Origin: a virus
Direction: 5' to 3' (one strand)
Length of the DNA stretch: 64,000 nucleotides
Virus record (IMG/VR): IMGVR_UViG_3300035698_006348
Location: 22,464-86,463 of that record
Made by a program: the position numbers and the translations under genes. Shown here piece by piece: positions 56,649 to 64,000 of the stretch. The notes under the pieces were generated by a model that saw nothing but the letters and a program-made list of their open reading frames with translations, was not told the origin of the DNA and made no database searches. The stretch's first letter is position 1; the number at the start of each line of letters is the position of its first letter.

Positions 56649-59600
56649 ATGAATATTACATTAACATGGAATGGAACTGATATAAGTAATGAGGTTGTAT
56701 CATATGGTAGAATAGCAAAGATATGTGATGGTACACATCAACTACAAGTTGAATTAGAAAATAATTCACGTAGCTTTGAACCATATGATACACTCCTCTT
56801 ATATGAGGAAAGTATAAAAAAGGGAACATTTAATGTTGTTGCTATTACTACAGATTTAGCTACTGGCTCTGTTTCTCTTGACTGCCAAGATAATTCAAAG
56901 AAATTAGATGACTATTTTATACCGACGCAAACAGAGAGTGGTGCAGATATTACCTATGCAGACTACTGGATAGGAAAATACTTAGCTGAAACTGGGTTAT
57001 CCTATACATTTGATACTTACGACGGGAATTCAGTTGTACAAGCAGACTCTGTTTTTGGAATGGAATTTGCAAAAGATGTTGTGGTCAGACTATGCCAACA
57101 ATCTGGTTGGTATTATCATTTTGATGTTGATGGTACTTGTCATATAGGAAACTTAAGAAAAGATATAGAATCTCCAGATATTACTATAGACGATACACTG
57201 GAGTTTAATAAAGATACTGATGATAAAATGGCACGGAATAGAGTAATAGTTTGGGGAAAGGCTGGTATAATTGAAGGGGCACAAGTCTTTGCAGCTACTT
57301 CTGTTACAACTGATTGGCAAATAGACTACTCAGACTTTAGAACAGTTATTTTAGAAAATAGCTATATTGATACCATAGGTACAGCTAAAACTTTGGCTAA
57401 TAAGTTATTGACTGAATATAAAACAGCGACAGAGGTAAAGACAGCAATGCTGCCTGGAGTATTCGATGTGTATATTAATAATATAGCTTACTTTACGACA
57501 GACTATTATACTGGTTCAGGCCTTGTAACTACTGTAGAAGTGAGTATGAGTAGTAGTGGCCTAACAACTACGTTAACTCTTGATGAAAGATGCCCTCGCC
57601 AATCTGCCTATTTTGCATACTCTGGCCATGTGTATATAAGTACATGGGGAAGTGGAGTTTGGAGAAAGCCACTTAAAACAGAGGTATGGGAAGATTTTAG
57701 TACAGGATTATCTAATCTGTATATTTCAGATTTATCCATAGTCGCTGGTGTTTATTCATGTACAGCAAATGATGGCTATGCTTATAGAAGAGTTGTTGGA
57801 AGTAACTGGTCAAAACTAGCAAAACCTGCTTTTTATGATGAAGAGGAAGAAGAATATATTACAACAATTCCCACAGCTGTAGCTACTATAGTTGATAGAA
57901 CCACATATAATATTTATGTAGTATATAATTCTCCAGAAAATGAACCTGGGTATGAACTATCTACACAATGCTGGGTAGTTCAATATTCCGCATGGGGCTC
58001 TGTAATAGCTACACGGCAGATTTCTGTATCTGAGCGATTTTGGGTGCATGGTTATGATGTTGAACGTGATTTTGAAAATACATATTTATCCGCTGGTGTT
58101 GGAAAAAGTAGTAGTACTGGTGTGTATATAAATAATCCTACACACTTTAATCATCAAACATACCCATCTAATCACTATGATGATACTAGTGTAACTTCAT
58201 GGGATAGAAGTTTTAATCTTACAAATGAAGTAACTCCATTTACATTAGTTGGAGAGGGTGATTCAAATATATCGCTAATAAAAGATAAATTTGCCTGTTA
58301 TTTTACCAATACAGCTACAGGTGGAACAATAACCACATATAAAGCTAATGAAACTACAGGTGTATTTGATAAAACAGACTATGCTGTACTAAGTGCAGAC
58401 CTTAGTACTGAGAGTGGACCATTCGAATATGTCGGAGTATGGACACAGTATAAAACAACTATAACATTAGCAGTAATGGATTGGTATTCAGAAACACTTT
58501 CTTTTTCAAAGTTTACACTTGGTGCTTCTACTGCTACCCCTGTTAGTTTAGCAGAATATGATTTAGGGGATTCTTATATACATCCAGATAATAATGGCCC
58601 GGGTAACTTTCTAATTGTAAATAATATTTTATATGTTCCAAGAATGATCTTTGATGGGGATGATATTATTGTTAGAGTATATACATATGATTTTTTAACT
58701 GAAACAGGAAAAGATATCTTACTAGATACTTCTGAAAATATAGCTGAAGTATATGTTGCTCAATATATGTCTGGTATTTCTATTATACTAAACTACAATT
58801 ATAGAGAAACGTCAGCAGATTACCTAACATCCACACAAACTTCAAATGTCAATCTATTCAAAATAGAGGAGCAAGAGGATGCTGTGCTTGTAAAAAATCT
58901 TATCTCTATTACTGATACACAGACAGCCCCGTTTACAGAGCCCCCTTCACCACCTCTTCCTGGTGGTACTTTAGTACCTGGTTGGGATTATTATTACACA
59001 ACATATGCAGAAACCACAATGACCTCTATGTTTAAAACTGGGCAAAAATCTAATGCATCTTATATAAGAGTAGGTGTAGAAACAAAAACAGGCTACAGAT
59101 ATAAAAGTGTAACATACGATCATACAACAGTGGGTGAAGGCGGGACTGCTGTATTTTATGCTCAAACTATAGAGTGGGATACAATAGAGACTTTACATGA
59201 GTATTTTATAGACATGGTTACTGGGGCGATTGTAACTGAATATGCTTATGCTGAATATGAGTTTGATTCAACTGTGCGTCTTGGTGTTACTTACAATTTT
59301 GTTGGAAGGCCAATACATTCGCATGACCATACGGAGAGTACTGCCGGGTCGTTAAGTGACTCTTATACTTATCCTGGTCAAGTAAGAGATGGAACATATG
59401 TATACCCAATAACAAAATTACAAAGTGCCCAATTACCATATTTTTCCTATTTTACTTATATATATGATTCTACAACTGGAGAGCTCTTAGATACATTGGA
59501 CTCAGACCAAACAATGGGGAGTCTATTAGATATAACAGGATACACTTTATGGGAAGATGAAGATATAGTATGGAGTGCTAGTACAGTAGCCACTTCAGAT

Positions 59601-60320
59601 ACACATAGGAATTTTATACTTCATGGTGATTTTCTTATAGGAATAGTGCAGCCTGGCAATGCTACATCTAATAATGTTAGGCTGTACCATAGGCAAGTAA
59701 CTGGAACAGACTATAAAGGGGTTATACGAGTTCCTGATAAGCTAACTGAAAATACTGAGCTTATAAAATTAACTGGTGTCCCAGCTATGATAGAAAACTC
59801 TCTTGATTACCCATTACTTAGTATTACAAGTAGAGACCTTGTAAATACTAGCCAATTAGTGTCTTATGAAGACACAGTTGAGGGTGATATGTATTATAAG
59901 ACATGGAATGAATCATCAGGTGAAAACTTTACTGATGTACGCACAATGATGTGGTCAGAAGAAGCGTTTACACCCCTTAGTGGAGAGATTAAAAATAAAG
60001 ATACTTTATCATTCATTTTTAGAATAAACTCTGGTAAACTTGAAGTATTCCCTGTAGGTGGAAATTCTACAATAGAGGATCAAATAGATGATCCAGAACT
60101 AAGAACTGCCCCAGGAGATTTTTCACTCCTAACAAATATAGGAGCAAATGCCCATTTCTTAGAAACAACAAATGGTTTAGACAACTATATTTTTGTTGCT
60201 GCAAGTGGAGTGCAAGAATTTTACCAGCGTGACCCAAATGATGGGATGACTTTTACTTCAAATGTAACATCAATTCCTCCATCAACAATAACAATGATAA
60301 GGGTAGATGATTTATTATGA
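56649..60320 (+). CDS. tail tip protein: hub domain plus beta-propeller-like C-terminal region
   Basis: N-terminal hub paralog (WYYHFDVDG, RNRVIVWG); VYISTWGSGVWR...W....GL propeller-type repeats. Confidence 0.6.
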   Translation: MNITLTWNGTDISNEVVSYGRIAKICDGTHQLQVELENNSRSFEPYDTLLLYEESIKKGTFNVVAITTDLATGSVSLDCQDNSKKLDDYFIPTQTESGADITYADYWIGKYLAETGLSYTFDTYDGNSVVQADSVFGMEFAKDVVVRLCQQSGWYYHFDVDGTCHIGNLRKDIESPDITIDDTLEFNKDTDDKMARNRVIVWGKAGIIEGAQVFAATSVTTDWQIDYSDFRTVILENSYIDTIGTAKTLANKLLTEYKTATEVKTAMLPGVFDVYINNIAYFTTDYYTGSGLVTTVEVSMSSSGLTTTLTLDERCPRQSAYFAYSGHVYISTWGSGVWRKPLKTEVWEDFSTGLSNLYISDLSIVAGVYSCTANDGYAYRRVVGSNWSKLAKPAFYDEEEEEYITTIPTAVATIVDRTTYNIYVVYNSPENEPGYELSTQCWVVQYSAWGSVIATRQISVSERFWVHGYDVERDFENTYLSAGVGKSSSTGVYINNPTHFNHQTYPSNHYDDTSVTSWDRSFNLTNEVTPFTLVGEGDSNISLIKDKFACYFTNTATGGTITTYKANETTGVFDKTDYAVLSADLSTESGPFEYVGVWTQYKTTITLAVMDWYSETLSFSKFTLGASTATPVSLAEYDLGDSYIHPDNNGPGNFLIVNNILYVPRMIFDGDDIIVRVYTYDFLTETGKDILLDTSENIAEVYVAQYMSGISIILNYNYRETSADYLTSTQTSNVNLFKIEEQEDAVLVKNLISITDTQTAPFTEPPSPPLPGGTLVPGWDYYYTTYAETTMTSMFKTGQKSNASYIRVGVETKTGYRYKSVTYDHTTVGEGGTAVFYAQTIEWDTIETLHEYFIDMVTGAIVTEYAYAEYEFDSTVRLGVTYNFVGRPIHSHDHTESTAGSLSDSYTYPGQVRDGTYVYPITKLQSAQLPYFSYFTYIYDSTTGELLDTLDSDQTMGSLLDITGYTLWEDEDIVWSASTVATSDTHRNFILHGDFLIGIVQPGNATSNNVRLYHRQVTGTDYKGVIRVPDKLTENTELIKLTGVPAMIENSLDYPLLSITSRDLVNTSQLVSYEDTVEGDMYYKTWNESSGENFTDVRTMMWSEEAFTPLSGEIKNKDTLSFIFRINSGKLEVFPVGGNSTIEDQIDDPELRTAPGDFSLLTNIGANAHFLETTNGLDNYIFVAASGVQEFYQRDPNDGMTFTSNVTSIPPSTITMIRVDDLL

Positions 60321-61063
60321 GTAGATTTAGATTTGAAGACCAACTATTTTATTATATAAGTAATATGAAAGCATCCATACTTGGACAGCCACTTAATTTA
60401 GGTGGGGTGTCTACTGTAAGTGGTGGGACTGGCGGCCCACCTGGTGGATTTGTTGGATACTTACCACAAACAAGAGTTGCATATGATACTTCTGAAGCAG
60501 CAACAACTGACACAGCTACTTCTGGGTCATTATTAGATAACTTAAATCATATAAGATATGATATAGCAGCTATACCAAGTGGCCATACAATAAAAGATAG
60601 TACAAATACATTCCCAGCTAGAACAAATCTTACCTTTATAGGTGAGAATATTACTGTAGCAGATGTCTCTGGAACTGATTCTACAACTGTAACTATATCT
60701 GGAGATGGCACTTATCTAAGACTTGATGCAGCTAATAGTCCAATTACTGGTGCATTAATTTTAGAAGATAAACTAACTACAGAGGCTGGAAGAATAGTAA
60801 ATACTACTAGAGTAACTACTACTTATACAGTTTTGGTAACAGACCATGTAATCTTTTGTGATACTGATGGTGGAGCCTTTACAATCACTTTACCAGCAGG
60901 AGTTGAAGGACAATCCTTTAGAATAATCAACTGCGGGTCTGGTGGTAACTACCTAACAATAGACGGAAATGGAGCAGAAGAAATACATCAAGAGCTTACT
61001 CAAAACCTAAGCGATAGTGAAGTTTTAGATTTAGTATATAATAGTGTGGAAGGATGGTTCTAA
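60317..61063 (+). CDS. tail fibre/structural protein
   Basis: YLRLDA...ITGAL fibre motif; DHVIFCDT..GAFTITLP C-terminal domain. Confidence 0.6.
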   Translation: MSRFRFEDQLFYYISNMKASILGQPLNLGGVSTVSGGTGGPPGGFVGYLPQTRVAYDTSEAATTDTATSGSLLDNLNHIRYDIAAIPSGHTIKDSTNTFPARTNLTFIGENITVADVSGTDSTTVTISGDGTYLRLDAANSPITGALILEDKLTTEAGRIVNTTRVTTTYTVLVTDHVIFCDTDGGAFTITLPAGVEGQSFRIINCGSGGNYLTIDGNGAEEIHQELTQNLSDSEVLDLVYNSVEGWF

Positions 61064-61064
61064 C

Positions 61065-62447
61065 ATGTCGTTAATTAAAGCAATAACACAAGATGTACAA
61101 GCAGACGCAGGTAATTCTAGTACAACTAATTTAGATGCTGGAAACTCTTATACCTTTGAGGGTACAGGGGCGTCAACACTAGGTGTAGTAGGCTTACAAT
61201 GGTCATTAAAAACAGATCAGAACTGCACAGTTTATATAGAAGAATCAGATAGCAGCAATACAAATTGGGATATTAGTTATGCCTTTGACTACATATCTTC
61301 AAAAGGTGGTAGAGGAGAAACAGTACAGGCTACTAAATCATACTGGAGAATCAAAGTAGTAGGAACTATTGAAACAAGTTACTTTAGATTGTCAGGTGTA
61401 CTTTGTCCTATTGCAGTACCTTTACCAAGTGATTTAAGCAGTGATGGTAGGTTAAAAACAGAGTGTCATTTATCTAGCCAAATGGGTAGACACGCTTGGG
61501 TAAACCCAACAAATGAATTAAACACAAGCCCAGTTTATAGACTGGTCGGCACAGGCTTTGAGGGTGATGGTGACACTGGTGACGTTGACTCTAACTTCTG
61601 GACTGATGGTAGTTTACTAGATGGAACAGTTGTTCAAGATGGCGGAGTAGTACAGCTAGAAACTAATACCACAACCAGTGGACTAGCCTTAGTTCAAAGT
61701 GTTAGAAAAGCTAGATTTGTAGCAGGTTCGGCTATGCTGTATCAAGGAGCAGTTAATTGGGTAACAGCAGGAGCAGCTAATAATACTAGACGAGTTGGGG
61801 CTTATACTTTAGATGTGAGTTTAGATGTAGAAGATGGTATTTATTTTCAACTTGCAGGAACTACTTTTAGTATAGGGTATGCAATAGCAGGTTCACCAAC
61901 TTTAGTTGATAGTGGTAATTTTAATGGTAGTCTAGGTGCAACTTTTACACCAACTGCTGGTACTTATTACAAAACATCGATAGAATTTAGCCCTTTAGGT
62001 GCTTTTTGGTATATTGACGGAGAACTTCTTCATAAAGTAAGTAAAACCCACACATCAGAATACATGACCTTACCTATTACTATTGAGAATGAAAATAATG
62101 GTATAGATACAGATATTGCATTTCATTGTATTGGAGCTTACATCGCTAGACAGGGTGAATTGTATACTAATCCAACAAGCAAACTACTAACGACAGAAAC
62201 TACTACAGTCTTGAAATATGGCCCAGGAACAATTAAAGGTATAATTATTGGTGCAGCAACAAATAATTGTGATATTCGTTTCTACGATGGATTAGTAGTA
62301 GACGCTGGAACTTTAATATGGTCTACTGGAGCTATGGATACTAAGACAGACTTTACAGATTTAGACTTTTTTGGAACTCCATTTAGTAATGGGTTAACAG
62401 TAGATGTATTTGATGCTGCTGGAACAGTACTAGTGATTTATGAATAA
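61065..62447 (+). CDS. tail-associated protein with lectin/jelly-roll-like domain
   Basis: Beta-rich Gly/Thr-rich, FWYIDGELLH motif, position after fibre gene. Confidence 0.5.
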   Translation: MSLIKAITQDVQADAGNSSTTNLDAGNSYTFEGTGASTLGVVGLQWSLKTDQNCTVYIEESDSSNTNWDISYAFDYISSKGGRGETVQATKSYWRIKVVGTIETSYFRLSGVLCPIAVPLPSDLSSDGRLKTECHLSSQMGRHAWVNPTNELNTSPVYRLVGTGFEGDGDTGDVDSNFWTDGSLLDGTVVQDGGVVQLETNTTTSGLALVQSVRKARFVAGSAMLYQGAVNWVTAGAANNTRRVGAYTLDVSLDVEDGIYFQLAGTTFSIGYAIAGSPTLVDSGNFNGSLGATFTPTAGTYYKTSIEFSPLGAFWYIDGELLHKVSKTHTSEYMTLPITIENENNGIDTDIAFHCIGAYIARQGELYTNPTSKLLTTETTTVLKYGPGTIKGIIIGAATNNCDIRFYDGLVVDAGTLIWSTGAMDTKTDFTDLDFFGTPFSNGLTVDVFDAAGTVLVIYE

Positions 62448-62508
62448 AGAGAAAATATAGATTGAATGTTTGTTATAATTATGGTGAAACTACGGAAATA
62501 ATATAATC

Positions 62509-63528
62509 ATGGATATAAATTATTTACTAAATATATGGAATAAAGTTAAATACGGATGGGATTTAAATCTAGTAAACGATGGATTTGAGTTTATGATAGA
62601 TACCTCTCACTGGACTTTATCTAGTCCAGAGAAGTTTAATCATGATAAATTCCAACAGTTTATAGAAGAGACTAAGCTAAAGGCTATAATATTTAAACTA
62701 TCTGATACTAATAGATATACTAAGAAACCTTTCTATGATTCTCTCGCTGAGTTTTGGTATGGTATTGCTATGAGATATAACTTATTAACCAGTGGCTATC
62801 ACTGGCTACAGGCTGTTATTGATCCAACTGTAGCATGGAAGTTTCATAATAATTGGCTAAAAGACCATCCACTTACTTTGCCTAACACTGTAGATTTTGA
62901 AGAACAAAGTATAACAGACTTCTCAGACTATCTATGGAGAGCTAAAACCTTTTTAGGTTATGCTGGTTCAGATTCAATAGTATATACTGGTTATAATTAT
63001 ATAAAATATAAAGTAAAACAAAATATACCAAGTAGAGATTTAGTAAAAAAACTTGGATGGATGGGCAACTACTCATTGTGGTTTGCATATTATTCACGGT
63101 ATTGGCCACCAATAGACGATATGTGGCCTTGGACAGATTTTAAAATTTGGCAGTACTCAGGTAATGCTGATTATCCATATTATGCTGATGGTGATGCAAA
63201 GAATGGAACTGACTGGGGGGTTGATTCTAAAGGAGGAGATGTAAACTACGCTTATAAGAATTATTTTGATAAGTTTAGGACTGGGGTAATACCACCCATT
63301 GTAGAGCCTCCTATTGAACAACCAACGGAATCTGACGATTTGTGGTATAATTTAATAGGTGATATGAATGTCAGAGATGGCCCAAGTATTTATAGTGAGA
63401 AAATAGGAACTTTACCTAAAAATACTAGAGTAAGGGGATTTGAATTTGGGGGAGATGACGCATGGATACGTATTAATGAAACGGACTGGGTTTGTAAATC
63501 CCGTAAGGGAAAAGTATATTTAAAATAA
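62509..63528 (+). CDS. endolysin: GH25 muramidase plus SH3b cell-wall-binding domain
   Basis: IDTSHW, GYHW, VDFEE, LWFAYY, IWQYS, DVN; Pro-rich linker; NVRDGPS...IG.L.....V...WIRI...WV. Confidence 0.85.
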   Translation: MDINYLLNIWNKVKYGWDLNLVNDGFEFMIDTSHWTLSSPEKFNHDKFQQFIEETKLKAIIFKLSDTNRYTKKPFYDSLAEFWYGIAMRYNLLTSGYHWLQAVIDPTVAWKFHNNWLKDHPLTLPNTVDFEEQSITDFSDYLWRAKTFLGYAGSDSIVYTGYNYIKYKVKQNIPSRDLVKKLGWMGNYSLWFAYYSRYWPPIDDMWPWTDFKIWQYSGNADYPYYADGDAKNGTDWGVDSKGGDVNYAYKNYFDKFRTGVIPPIVEPPIEQPTESDDLWYNLIGDMNVRDGPSIYSEKIGTLPKNTRVRGFEFGGDDAWIRINETDWVCKSRKGKVYLK

Positions 63529-63540
63529 TAGGGAGTTATA

Positions 63541-64000
63541 ATGGCTGATTCATATATAGACTTAACTTTAAATGAAAATGATATAAAATTAAAGGTAGAA
63601 GATAATGGTGACGGTACCTACTCATTGTCTATTACTGATACTGGTGGGGTTGTAACGGGTACTGTTGGAATAGATCAAGTTACCGCAAAAGCAAATGAAG
63701 TAGTTATTAAAAGTATTACAGCTGGTTCAACTATAATTGGTGCTGTGGGAATAGACCAGGCAACTGCAAATGCAAATGAAGCAGTTATTAAAAGTATTCT
63801 TGCTGGGGAAACCCACATTGGTTCTTTTAGTAGCCACGGTAAAACAATTTCTCTTACCCCAACTATTACTGCTGGAGCTTACTCTGCTAATGACGCTGTA
63901 GGTGGAATACTTGAATTTGAAGATGCTGCAAGAGTATCTGGTGCTGGTGGAGTTATTAAACAATTATTACTTATTGATGATGCTGGTCAAGATGCCACAC
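63541..64000 (+). CDS. virion structural protein, truncated by window end (not in ORF track)
   Basis: GGGAG RBS, open from ATG 63541 to window end: MADSYIDLTL...; internal repeat VGIDQ.TA.ANE.VIKSI.AG. Confidence 0.7.
   Translation, partial: MADSYIDLTLNENDIKLKVEDNGDGTYSLSITDTGGVVTGTVGIDQVTAKANEVVIKSITAGSTIIGAVGIDQATANANEAVIKSILAGETHIGSFSSHGKTISLTPTITAGAYSANDAVGGILEFEDAARVSGAGGVIKQLLLIDDAGQDAT

Noticed and set aside
56649-62447. Diversity-generating retroelement acting on tail genes
   Set aside because: No reverse transcriptase and no template/variable repeat pair seen in the window
1-64000. Alternative genetic code (stop-codon reassignment)
   Set aside because: Conserved genes are full length in code 11, TAG and TGA act as true stops, and no suppressor tRNA is present

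Overview
This window is part of a large, AT-rich tailed dsDNA phage genome with siphovirus-like tail genes, read in the standard genetic code. The host cannot be determined from the sequence; promoters are near-consensus sigma70/SigA type with AGGAGG-like RBSs. No integrase, CRISPR array or host genes are visible. Layout: (1) 1-5.5 kb, + strand accessory genes, including RtcB RNA ligase, ending at a bidirectional terminator. (2) 5.6-25.4 kb, - strand replication/nucleotide arm: family A DNA polymerase, RecA, SSB, DnaB, resolvase, Cas4-like nuclease, dNMP kinase, primase, dUTPase, adenine methylase and an intein-containing class II RNR. (3) A duplicated divergent-promoter region at 25.45-25.75 kb. 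(4) Zn-ribbon microproteins, three tRNAs (Pro, Trp, Asn) and about 550 nt of highly structured non-coding sequence. (5) An 11-gene, 7.5 kb nucleotide-sugar/glycosylation cassette between the likely small terminase and the intein-containing large terminase. It encodes Gmd, a perosamine-type aminotransferase, an ATP-grasp ligase, a cytidylyltransferase, LicD, a methyltransferase and glycosyltransferases. (6) Head, neck (with an embedded GT4), tail, tape measure, tail tip and GH25 endolysin genes. The best candidates for new biology are a phage-encoded glycan synthesis and decoration system (possibly for virion glycosylation), the tRNA-linked structured ncRNA array, and a free-standing microprotein resembling the C-terminal Cys-rich tail missing from the phage NrdJ. 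All family calls come from motif recognition by eye; no database searches were run.
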